Virus record (IMG/VR): IMGVR_UViG_3300010397_000006
Location: 7,471 to 71,470 of that record
Origin: a virus
Length of the DNA stretch: 64,000 bases
Strand: one strand, 5' to 3'
The notes beneath the pieces were generated by a model, which searched no databases, was not told where the DNA came from, and saw only the letters and a list, made by a program, of their open reading frames with translations. Below are positions 9,105 to 17,744 of this stretch, piece after piece (position 1 is the first letter of the stretch; every line of letters starts with the position of its first letter). Both the position numbers and the translations under genes were made by a program.

Positions 9105-10112
9105 ATGCCGTACAACGTTGAAGAATTACTTATGAAAAATGATCTAATCGCGTTTGCAGAGCGCGCGGGGGCGAGGTTCAATCGGATAGGAAAAGAAATG
9201 AGAAGTTGCTGTCCGCTTCATGGCGGCAAGAACCCGACAGGGTTTTCGGTTTGGGACGATGGGGGAAAACAGAGGTGGAGATGCTTTACGGATACATGTG
9301 GTGGGGGAGATTTAATTGACTTCATATCTGCTTGGCAACACAAGTCATTTAAAGATGCAGTTGTATTTCTGGGTGGTGAAGTAGCCCTAGACCCCTTCGA
9401 GATGGAGAGGCTGGCGCGCGAGAGACATGAGAAGGCTGTCCGAGCGCGAGAGGCGGCATTGAAGATAGAGGAAGCGCGCCGGAAGGAATTGCAGGCAGAG
9501 GAAAAACACCTGTACTATCACAGTCACATGAATCAGTATTTCGTGGACGAGTGGATAAAACGGGGACTGGATGAGTGTTGGCAGGGTTTCTTCTACCTGG
9601 GGGGATGCGAGGATTTTGTGGTCAACGAGACGTGGCACACTCCCACCCTGACAATCCCCATCCGAGACGAGAACTTTGAGGTGCTGAATATCAAGCACAG
9701 ACTCCTGAACCCCCTGAAACCCGCCGACAAGTACCGCCCGGAAAAACCTGGGCTTGGTAAGTTTCCTTACTTCCTCTCGTTCCCTGAACTCGGATACAGC
9801 GGGGATGTGGTGTGGGTTTTAGAGGGTGAAATTAAAAGTATGGTCTCTGCTTCAATCAACCCTGAGGAAAAATGGCAATACATCGGAGTCCCCGGCATGT
9901 CGCAGTACGGCGGACTGGTCGAGAAATTATTTGGAAAGAACGTGATTGTCGTTGCCGACCCGAACGCAGAGAAGGAAGCAGGGGACTTCTGCAAGAAAGT
10001 GAACGGGAGGCTGCTGGAACTTCCCGGCAAGATTGACGACCTGATCGTGGAACACAAGTACGACGGGGGTTGGATGCGTGGAATAGAAAGACAGGCGAGG
10101 AGAATTAGATAA
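9105..10112 (+). CDS. DNA primase (CHC2 Zn finger plus TOPRIM)
   Basis: CPLH...WRCFTDTC, VLEGE, VADP; start could be 9045. Confidence 0.85.
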   Translation: MPYNVEELLMKNDLIAFAERAGARFNRIGKEMRSCCPLHGGKNPTGFSVWDDGGKQRWRCFTDTCGGGDLIDFISAWQHKSFKDAVVFLGGEVALDPFEMERLARERHEKAVRAREAALKIEEARRKELQAEEKHLYYHSHMNQYFVDEWIKRGLDECWQGFFYLGGCEDFVVNETWHTPTLTIPIRDENFEVLNIKHRLLNPLKPADKYRPEKPGLGKFPYFLSFPELGYSGDVVWVLEGEIKSMVSASINPEEKWQYIGVPGMSQYGGLVEKLFGKNVIVVADPNAEKEAGDFCKKVNGRLLELPGKIDDLIVEHKYDGGWMRGIERQARRIR

Positions 10113-10318
10113 TGGACGCAATTTTTATAAAGAAGATAAAGGAACGATGGCGCGTGTGGCTTGGATCCCTGGAAGATGCAGACCCCCAACCCGCCAAGTG
10201 TGACGCAAGGTTCCTCAAATTCAGCGATGCGAAAACCTACGCGCGGGACTGGGAAGCGAAGTCTGGTATCCCGAACGTCCGGTTCCTGATGATGGAGGAA
10301 CAATATGATTGCGGATAG
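10112..10318 (+). CDS. hypothetical protein
   Basis: TAATG coupling. Confidence 0.5.
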   Translation: MDAIFIKKIKERWRVWLGSLEDADPQPAKCDARFLKFSDAKTYARDWEAKSGIPNVRFLMMEEQYDCG

Positions 10319-10490
10319 TCATTTAGGTCTATGTCCATGCGATTGTAAACGAGTTGTTCCTCATAACCACTTCTGGGCGACTGACGCCTGTAGACAGCGC
10401 GCGCGGGGCAGGGGTATCCGTATGCCTGTGGGGAAGCGGGAGTTCGAGCGCGTGAACAAGAAGATCAAGAGGCTAAAAAATGGACACTAA
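10305..10490 (+). CDS. small Cys-rich basic protein
   Basis: GGAGG SD; overlaps neighbours. Confidence 0.45.
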   Translation: MIADSHLGLCPCDCKRVVPHNHFWATDACRQRARGRGIRMPVGKREFERVNKKIKRLKNGH

Positions 10491-10812
10491 GTTTTCTTAC
10501 TTTTATCCGGTCAAAGTTGAACAGCAGTTGGACTTTGAAGGCAAGGTACACAGCAAGAACGTGTACCTGACCGGACACATCGTCTACAACGGCAGACTCA
10601 TGTGCAAGGAGTCGCGTGAGGTCGTCGTGAACCGGGCGAAGGCGGACAAAGAGAAGAACTCTCCCACCCGCCTTCCGCGTGTCTCTCTCTGTCCCGTCTG
10701 CCAAGAAGCGTACAAGGAGTGTCCTGAGAGCGACTGGTACAGGTTTACTCACGCCCTGCCTGCTGAGACGGTGGGGATCGAGATACTTAGTAAAGACGTG
10801 GTGAGTAGTTGA
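10480..10812 (+). CDS. hypothetical protein (possible Zn-binding)
   Basis: H...C...CPVC. Confidence 0.55.
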   Translation: MDTKFSYFYPVKVEQQLDFEGKVHSKNVYLTGHIVYNGRLMCKESREVVVNRAKADKEKNSPTRLPRVSLCPVCQEAYKECPESDWYRFTHALPAETVGIEILSKDVVSS

Positions 10813-10824
10813 TTGGAGTTTTGA

Positions 10825-11202
10825 ATGGATAGAATGTTTGCGAAGATACTAAAAGAACTAGATTACCCTCCTGTGTTTCTTGTGTCCGAGGAGCAATTTG
10901 CCAAAGTCGAGGGTGTTTCCATCCGGGGGAGTTACGGAATCGCCTCGGTTCAGTATCGCATTATTTCTGTTCAAAGCTGGTTGGAGGGGAAGGCGAAGGA
11001 AAATACTCTGTATCATGAGACGTTCCACATCCTGTTCCCCCACAAACCTCATTGGTGGATTGAGAGAGCCGCCGAGAAGATGGCAGGGGGCGGGGGAAGC
11101 GGATACTGGTCAGATAGGTTTAACAAGACCCCGAATGACGTTCCGCCTCGCGCTCGTATCCTTGAAATGGCGCGCAAGGCTTCAAAACACATGAAACGCT
11201 AA
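10825..11202 (+). CDS. HExxH metallopeptidase-like protein
   Basis: TLYHETFH...E. Confidence 0.55.
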   Translation: MDRMFAKILKELDYPPVFLVSEEQFAKVEGVSIRGSYGIASVQYRIISVQSWLEGKAKENTLYHETFHILFPHKPHWWIERAAEKMAGGGGSGYWSDRFNKTPNDVPPRARILEMARKASKHMKR

Positions 11203-11305
11203 TTTATTTCTAATCCTATTTTCGTAGATATGTAGTAAACTAGAAAACACAGAGTTTTGTTTGGAAAGAAAAAAGAGAGAACGATTAATTTTTCAAGGAG
11301 ACAAA

Positions 11306-11596
11306 ATGAAGCAATTGACAAAGGAACAGGCGATTGAGATTTACAAAGGAGGGGAGTGGAAAGATTGGTCGGACGAGGAAGTTGTAAAATTCCAGTTGTA
11401 CCAAAGAAAGTGTTGCCTGCCGTTCAATGTGTTTCATGTGGCTGTCGGCAGAGTCTTGGGTCGCCCTGTGTTTACTCATGAGTTCGCGAACTGGCAGGCA
11501 ATCATTGATGAGTACGAGGGGAAACGAACTGCGCCGACGTTTGATGAAATTGTCAACATGATTCCAGAAGAAAAGAGACTTGTAATCGGCTTATGA
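11306..11596 (+). CDS. hypothetical phage protein
   Basis: AAGGAG SD; VLGRPVFTHEF motif. Confidence 0.65.
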   Translation: MKQLTKEQAIEIYKGGEWKDWSDEEVVKFQLYQRKCCLPFNVFHVAVGRVLGRPVFTHEFANWQAIIDEYEGKRTAPTFDEIVNMIPEEKRLVIGL

Positions 11597-11753
11597 TTTA
11601 CGTCATCATCCCCAATGAACCGTTACCAGAAAGTGTCGCCAAAGCACTCTCTGAGTACTACGCCAAGCATGGCAACCCGCCGCCGCCGTTCGTGAGCGCA
11701 GAGGTGGACGGGGAGGTGGTGGAAGTCAAGGAATTTGAAACGAAAGAGGAAGA

Positions 11754-12206
11754 ATGAAATACAAATACGCAGGCAAGGAATACGCTCTCCGTCTCGATGA
11801 CGATGGGAAAATTGCATGTTCCGATCTTGGAACCTCGTATCCAACTGTCGAGGAAGCGAAGGCGGCAATCCGTGAGCAGACCGAGAAAGAGAAGTCTCTA
11901 CCGCGCGTGACCGTCCTGTTCTTCAATGATCGTCACTACGCAAGTTTCATCGAAGGTACTTCGACCTTAAAGCAGGCAGGGGAAAGTCGTTACGGGGGAT
12001 CGGGAATGATTTGGGTTTCCTGCAAAGACTCGCGCGGAAAGGTTGAGCGCAAGAAATTTTTTGTGTCTGATGTTTTCAAAGACACACCGGAGAACCGCGA
12101 AAAAGTAAACAAGATCGTTTCTTTAGGAACCCAGATAGCAGGCTTGGAAGAAGAAATGTCCGCTTTGAGATTCTCCCTTGAGTGCGTGGAACCTATCGAG
12201 TTGTAA
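11754..12206 (+). CDS. hypothetical protein
   Basis: 150-aa ORF, GAGG SD. Confidence 0.6.
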   Translation: MKYKYAGKEYALRLDDDGKIACSDLGTSYPTVEEAKAAIREQTEKEKSLPRVTVLFFNDRHYASFIEGTSTLKQAGESRYGGSGMIWVSCKDSRGKVERKKFFVSDVFKDTPENREKVNKIVSLGTQIAGLEEEMSALRFSLECVEPIEL

Positions 12207-12872
12207 ATGACCGAAGAAATCGCCGTCACAAAGTACCTCAGTGAACCTGAGAGACTTGCTGAATACATACGCCAATCCAGAAACCTGCATGTAGGCTTCG
12301 AGTTCTGCAAACTGGTCGTGGAGTTGAAGAACAAGATCGACTCAACTCTCGACCCCGTAATCCCCGCGATGGAGGAAGTGTTCGAGGAGGACAAGCCCAA
12401 AGAATACAGCGGCATGACGTTCTTTGAAGCCATGCGTTCCTCGACCACCCTGGACAGCACGACCATCGAGAGGCACATCCGAGTTGAAAGAATGTACGAT
12501 GTCGTGCCGGATAATGTCCTGCCTGCCATACAGATGATGCCATTCCGTAGCAAAATTCAGATTGCGAACGCGGTGGAGGACGGGTACGACCTGACCGAGA
12601 CGGGTACGAGTGGCAAGTCGCGTTTCGAGGAACTGGCAGACGCCTACTATCCCCAGGACATCTCCGTCAAATTGCACGAAATCAAAGGCACGACGCCTCG
12701 CAACCAGTTCTGCAAGTTTGAAGTGGACAAAGAGGGAGTCGTGTGGGCGTATACGGCGCATGGGAAGTTTGTTTACTACGAGCCGAAGGTGTACGAGAAT
12801 CCAGAGGTTGCTGAACTCATGGAGTGGGTACACCGGAAGGCGATCAGAAAACTAGGGGCTACCCCGAAGTAA
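12207..12872 (+). CDS. hypothetical protein
   Basis: 221-aa ORF abutting the previous stop. Confidence 0.65.
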   Translation: MTEEIAVTKYLSEPERLAEYIRQSRNLHVGFEFCKLVVELKNKIDSTLDPVIPAMEEVFEEDKPKEYSGMTFFEAMRSSTTLDSTTIERHIRVERMYDVVPDNVLPAIQMMPFRSKIQIANAVEDGYDLTETGTSGKSRFEELADAYYPQDISVKLHEIKGTTPRNQFCKFEVDKEGVVWAYTAHGKFVYYEPKVYENPEVAELMEWVHRKAIRKLGATPK

Positions 12873-12881
12873 AGGAGAAAA

Positions 12882-13268
12882 ATGAAAAAGCATTTTGTAA
12901 CGTTTCTTAGTCCGGGTACTTTTGTCGCAGAGGAAACAACCAAAGAGATTGACTCTTGGGATGTTGATAAGGCAATGGAAATGTCGGGGCAAATCATTGA
13001 GAGGCACAACGCCCTGCCTTATGGTTTCTACTTCACAACCCTTGAGCGCGGCGACGAAGACTTCAATCCCAGACAGACTTCCAAGAGCGGGATGTACTAT
13101 CTTGGCGGGGATGTGTTGACCGTCGATGACTTGAAGGCACAGAATGACTCTAGTAACGACATACTTATTTCTAATATGGAAATCAACGGCTGGCATAAAG
13201 TCGTTGTTAATAGGAATTCTTGGAGTTGGACTCAACCCCTCGAAGAAGGTGACGTAGTTCTCAAGTAA
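12882..13268 (+). CDS. hypothetical phage protein
   Basis: AAGGAG SD; FLSPGTFVAE...PYGFYF. Confidence 0.65.
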   Translation: MKKHFVTFLSPGTFVAEETTKEIDSWDVDKAMEMSGQIIERHNALPYGFYFTTLERGDEDFNPRQTSKSGMYYLGGDVLTVDDLKAQNDSSNDILISNMEINGWHKVVVNRNSWSWTQPLEEGDVVLK

Positions 13269-13283
13269 ACACGGTGTTTTCTC

Positions 13284-13805
13284 ATGACAATATTAGCGAA
13301 GCCAAAACCTATCAAGGTCAAGAAAGTAAAGAAAGCCCGCCGCAAGAGTTCCCGCCAACTGCTTGAGCGCGAACTGGACAGGCTTGTGCGCTCTATCGTC
13401 CTCCTGCGGGACGGGTTCTGCGTGTGTCCTGCTCCCAAGAACGGTCACAGCATAGTAATGCAACCCGGACACCTGATTACGAGGGTAAAAGAGGGGGTGA
13501 AGTACGATTTATTCAATGTGAACACACAATGCTCCGCGTGTAATCAAAGACATTCCATGCCGAATCAATGGCGTTACTACGATACGTGGTTCATTGAGAA
13601 TTTTGGGGAGGCGGAGAGACTGCGGATAGATGATGATGCCGAGAAGCATGTAAGGTACTCGGTGGACGACATGCTGGAACTGCGCTCCCAGTTGCTTGAC
13701 ATCTACAGTAAACAGGTGGCGGAGAAGGGGTGGAAGCCCCGGTTCAGCCAGCGAGAGATACTGACGGGAGAGTGGAGAAAGGAAATAAAAGATGAACGCA
13801 AATGA
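13284..13805 (+). CDS. NinG/Rap-like HNH-fold recombination endonuclease
   Basis: LRDGFCVC, PGHLITR, NVNTQCSACN. Confidence 0.75.
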   Translation: MTILAKPKPIKVKKVKKARRKSSRQLLERELDRLVRSIVLLRDGFCVCPAPKNGHSIVMQPGHLITRVKEGVKYDLFNVNTQCSACNQRHSMPNQWRYYDTWFIENFGEAERLRIDDDAEKHVRYSVDDMLELRSQLLDIYSKQVAEKGWKPRFSQREILTGEWRKEIKDERK

Positions 13806-14050
13806 CATCGCAATGATATTAATCGTGATAGGACTTGTGATTGGTGGAATCATTACTATGTTGTCGAATTACTCAGATGAAATCGTAAAAATCATCCGAG
13901 AGATAAAGAGGAAATAATGACACCTAAAAAAGTAGCAGACATCCAAGAAGATTACGAAACCAACCCGGAAATATCTCTATTCGAGCGCGGAATTATTTTC
14001 TCGATAGTAGCCGTCGTCTCCATTGCAATCTTGAAACTGTTGGGGTTCTA

Positions 14051-14272
14051 ATGGACTTAGGCGTCGAATTTTTCCAGCAGAAGAAGATCGACCAGTTCGC
14101 CACCATGTATTCCGGTTGGGTAAACAACAGGCGGGTGGACATTCTGGAAGTCAATCATCGCGGCGTTGACTACACGTGCTACCTGGACGGAAACCAGAAG
14201 ACGACGTTGTTCACTCACGTCACGCGAGGCGAAGCCCAGAGGATGCTCTTGGAACTCAAGGACGGACAATAG
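14051..14272 (+). CDS. hypothetical protein
   Basis: ORF within a run of tiny genes. Confidence 0.5.
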   Translation: MDLGVEFFQQKKIDQFATMYSGWVNNRRVDILEVNHRGVDYTCYLDGNQKTTLFTHVTRGEAQRMLLELKDGQ

Positions 14273-14462
14273 TGGACGTTTTTCTGATTGCCGCCCTCTA
14301 CGTGGTGTACTGGGCGACGTTGACTAAGTTGCTGTACCTGTCTTCGGTATTTGGGTACAAGATAGCAAGAGAGATTTTCTAGGATACTAAGTAACTATAC
14401 GCAAATTTTTGGAATTTTGTATTATTAATCCTATTGAATATTATAGTTAATGATAGAGAGAA

Positions 14463-14672
14463 ATGAGAATTATAGATTGCGTCACCTCCCCCCGCCTCGT
14501 CCCCCTCAAGCGACTGGTGGAGTTGACAAGGGAATACTACAATTGGAGCAAGCGTTGTGTTGACAACCCGCGCTCTAGTTATCACAGGTGGTACTACGTC
14601 TTCGCCGTCGAGTGCGAGAGGCGTGGCTACTCCCTAGAAAGAGTTCTAAAGAATGAGAACCAAACCCATTAG
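14463..14672 (+). CDS. hypothetical protein
   Basis: ORF after an AT-rich intergenic region. Confidence 0.45.
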   Translation: MRIIDCVTSPRLVPLKRLVELTREYYNWSKRCVDNPRSSYHRWYYVFAVECERRGYSLERVLKNENQTH

Positions 14673-14886
14673 CGGAGCCAGAGACTTACTCGCCCAGATT
14701 TACCCCGACCTGTCCCCCGACGCCTGCCTTGTGCTGACAGTGAACAACCCCGCCCTGATGCCGGGGGGCGGCAAGCCTGTCCCCCTGAGTCGCCACCTTG
14801 TCCACGACGAGGAAGGTAGGCATAGGTTCCTGCTAGTGGGCAGGGTTACGTTTGGCAGAGAATATGTATTCTATTGTGAGGCATAA
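14653..14886 (+). CDS. hypothetical protein
   Basis: overlap packing. Confidence 0.45.
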   Translation: MRTKPISGARDLLAQIYPDLSPDACLVLTVNNPALMPGGGKPVPLSRHLVHDEEGRHRFLLVGRVTFGREYVFYCEA

Positions 14887-15102
14887 ATGAAAAAATGCGA
14901 AGACTGTGAAGCCCCTGTGTATTGCAGGAAGTGCGGAAAGAAGTTAGTTCTGAGGAAAAAGATTTACCAAGCATATAGCACCGAAACTGGGGAGCGAGTT
15001 GATTATCATTATCATTACTGGTGTTGTCCTGATACGAATAGATTTTTAGAAGTTTTTTCTGGACATAGTTGTTTTGACGACGAACCTAGAGGAGAATTAT
15101 AA
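14887..15102 (+). CDS. small Zn-ribbon protein
   Basis: CEDC, CRKCG. Confidence 0.5.
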   Translation: MKKCEDCEAPVYCRKCGKKLVLRKKIYQAYSTETGERVDYHYHYWCCPDTNRFLEVFSGHSCFDDEPRGEL

Positions 15103-15319
15103 ATGAAACTACGCATTGTGAAATACTTATGTAAGGTCTGTAAAGCCCAGTTCATGATTCCTGTCACAATCAACGGCAAGGACTGTTGCCCCAAGTGTGG
15201 TTGTCCCCTGTGAAATCCAGAGTTCTCTACATCCTGCACAGGATACGAGACTTTCTGACGGGCTGGTATCCAGCCACTCGATGTTCACCGGAAGATGTGC
15301 CGATAGGAGGGTAGAAAAG

Positions 15320-15466
15320 ATGAACAGAAAATATGTTTGGTTTAGTGTTTCGTTAGGAGTATTTACATTCCTGTTCGCTATGTTCTGCTTTGTAGTTGCC
15401 GTTATAGGTAAACCCGTGTGTCTTTTTCACGGGTTGATTTGCTTTGTTCGTCCCTGGTGGTGGTAG
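15320..15466 (+). CDS. small membrane protein
   Basis: AGGAGG SD; hydrophobic segment. Confidence 0.45.
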   Translation: MNRKYVWFSVSLGVFTFLFAMFCFVVAVIGKPVCLFHGLICFVRPWWW

Positions 15467-15475
15467 GAAAATATC

Positions 15476-16228
15476 CTAAGCGGGTTTTATCGCCAACCCA
15501 TACGGCGGGTACACGGACTCTGAGAACTCCCGCCAACTGTACCTCTCCCCTCGCCCACCAAACGGGTTCCAGATTTCCACGAACCCACGGTTGATGCCGT
15601 CTGGTATCACTTTGTCCAAGACGACCCAATGCGGGATACCGGACGCTCTGAGTTCCCCTGTGGCTCCTGAGATGCGACATGCAATGACTATACGCCATTC
15701 GTTTACCGCGTTTTGTAAACGGCGCGGGGACAGGATGGGGACAGATTTATCCTTGAGGAGATTACTCAGGAGTTCCGTTTCTCCCCCGTAAACAGCAACC
15801 ATATCCTTCAAGTCTGAAATCCCCGTCGTGTTAGCTTTGCCCCCGTGAAAAATCCTCTGGAACACAGAGACAGGCTTCGCCTCCCACTTCGTTAGCATGT
15901 TCTCAATCGTGTCGCCAAAGATGTAGCAAATGGAAGCCTCCCCACAAAGATTGAACTGCACGTTGTTCTTCCACACGATATACTGTGCGGCGTCATAAGG
16001 ATAGGGGGTCTGAGACCATGAAAACACTGTGTTTTCTGGAAACTCGTAAGTCAGTTCCTCCAAGTAATTAGAATAGACTGTCCCTGAATAATTCTTATTG
16101 CGCGTGATGAACGATACGTTGGAATATTCCCCACTCCTCTCCCCCTCCACAACCGAACCCTGAGGCAAATAAAGCAGGACGCTACTGCCTGCGATAAGCG
16201 GGGTGTACTTAAGTATCCAAAACTTCAC
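15476..16228 (-). CDS. papain-fold (C39-like) peptidase with SH3-like N-terminus, probable endolysin
   Basis: SQ...NLCG, PHWVVL, WNP catalytic pattern; follows a holin-like gene at the end of the late operon. Confidence 0.6.
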   Translation of the reverse strand: MKFWILKYTPLIAGSSVLLYLPQGSVVEGERSGEYSNVSFITRNKNYSGTVYSNYLEELTYEFPENTVFSWSQTPYPYDAAQYIVWKNNVQFNLCGEASICYIFGDTIENMLTKWEAKPVSVFQRIFHGGKANTTGISDLKDMVAVYGGETELLSNLLKDKSVPILSPRRLQNAVNEWRIVIACRISGATGELRASGIPHWVVLDKVIPDGINRGFVEIWNPFGGRGERYSWREFSESVYPPYGLAIKPA

Positions 16229-16782
16229 TTCGGTTTGGGGAGTTTGAACTTGGCAATCGAGTCCCCCAGGAGGAGGACGAGTTCATCGGGAACTTCGATA
16301 CCGGCTTTCTCTAGCGCGTGGACGGTAATTTCGATTGCCTTGTTGTACTTGTCGCGCAGGGCATTGTACTTCGTCTCCCAATCCACAACCTGATCGTGAA
16401 GTATCCTGACATCGCTTTCCAGCGCGCTAATCCTGCTCTCGCGCTCGTTGCGGTGTCGGATAAGTTCATCTATTTTCTTGGCATCCTGAGAGCGAAGCCT
16501 GACCATCTCTATTCCTGCTTCATCCAGTCCTCGTACCTTGCTTCTAAGAGACGTGGTTTCTTGGTCTAATTTTGTGATGAGTTCCATTTTCTCGATGTAC
16601 TGCTCGGCGGTCATCTCAGTCGTATGCAGGAGTTTATCCAAAGTTTCTGAAAAACGTTCCTGCCTTGTCTTTGACCACCAATCAACCCCCCGCGCTAGAA
16701 TCAAGGCTATCGCCCCGCCTACTCCAAAGACAAGCACGTATTTCAGGAACTCTTTTACTGCGTCAGCCCAGAAGTTTGTCAT
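16225..16782 (-). CDS. membrane-anchored coiled-coil protein (holin/lysis accessory-like)
   Basis: N-terminal TM helix then long coiled coil; lysis position. Confidence 0.55.
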   Translation of the reverse strand: MTNFWADAVKEFLKYVLVFGVGGAIALILARGVDWWSKTRQERFSETLDKLLHTTEMTAEQYIEKMELITKLDQETTSLRSKVRGLDEAGIEMVRLRSQDAKKIDELIRHRNERESRISALESDVRILHDQVVDWETKYNALRDKYNKAIEITVHALEKAGIEVPDELVLLLGDSIAKFKLPKPK

Positions 16783-16820
16783 GGGTTAATTTTATCTCCC
16801 TGCCCCACTCGTCACAACCA

Positions 16821-17744
16821 TCACCTTATTGCCGCCGTTTTGATTTTATGCTCCGCTTTGGAACCCCTGCCTACCGCCCCGCATACATTACAGCGGAAAC
16901 CAAGCCACAAACCTGTAGGGGTGGGGTACTGCGTAGACCACTTCAAATCAGCGGCTTCACATTTCGGGCAAACGTCCTTATCATGATTGGTGTAGATGTT
17001 TAGGTTCGGATGACTGGAAATCCAGGGCAGGAACTTTAGGTACAAGTCCTCTAAGAGTGGAGCGACATCTTTCTTGCAATAAACAAGCATCTTTGTAAGA
17101 GCGTCCTTGTCGCCCTTCGCGCACCTGTCCCAGTCATCTATCGTCATCTTGATTTTCCCGTCTATCCCAAGCAGGGTCTTGCCGAGGAAGTCCAGTCCAT
17201 TCGAGGTGTGCGAGAACTTGTCTTTGGATACCCGGTAGGTATCTACATTCAGGTACGGCGAGGGCGGGTTGTATCCGTACTTAAGGAACTTGGTGTTCAG
17301 TTTCTTGATGTCGAAATTGATTCCGTTCTGGGTGACGATGATGTCCGCCTCGTCCATCAGTTTCCAGATGCCGCCGAGGATGGAACCTTCCTCGCGGGTG
17401 ACTGCTTCCTTCGGAGTTACGACCGCCCCCATGATTTCGGGTTCAAACAACCACTTGGCGGCGTAGCACAGAATCGACCAGTCCTTGACGATATTCTCCG
17501 GTCGGATGTACTCGGTCTTCAAGTCCCAAATCCCCTTGACTTCCATGTAAAGCGTTTCGATGTCGAGGAGCAAAATCTTCGCGCTCCTCGGATGCCTCGA
17601 TGGGGTGTCGTATCTTCCACATTTCGTACACTGTACTCTTACTCTGTGATTTCTGTTTCCCCGTCGTATCACTTTTCCATTACAGAACCTACATCGCAAA
17701 TCATCTCCTTTGTTCGCTAGGCTAACTTTACAATCCGAATCCAA
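16821..17744 (-). CDS. RNase H-like (DEDD) 3'-5' exonuclease flanked by Zn ribbons
   Basis: LLDIET, QNGINFD, VDT, YCKKDV; CxxC pairs at both ends. Confidence 0.75.
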   Translation of the reverse strand: MDSDCKVSLANKGDDLRCRFCNGKVIRRGNRNHRVRVQCTKCGRYDTPSRHPRSAKILLLDIETLYMEVKGIWDLKTEYIRPENIVKDWSILCYAAKWLFEPEIMGAVVTPKEAVTREEGSILGGIWKLMDEADIIVTQNGINFDIKKLNTKFLKYGYNPPSPYLNVDTYRVSKDKFSHTSNGLDFLGKTLLGIDGKIKMTIDDWDRCAKGDKDALTKMLVYCKKDVAPLLEDLYLKFLPWISSHPNLNIYTNHDKDVCPKCEAADLKWSTQYPTPTGLWLGFRCNVCGAVGRGSKAEHKIKTAAIR

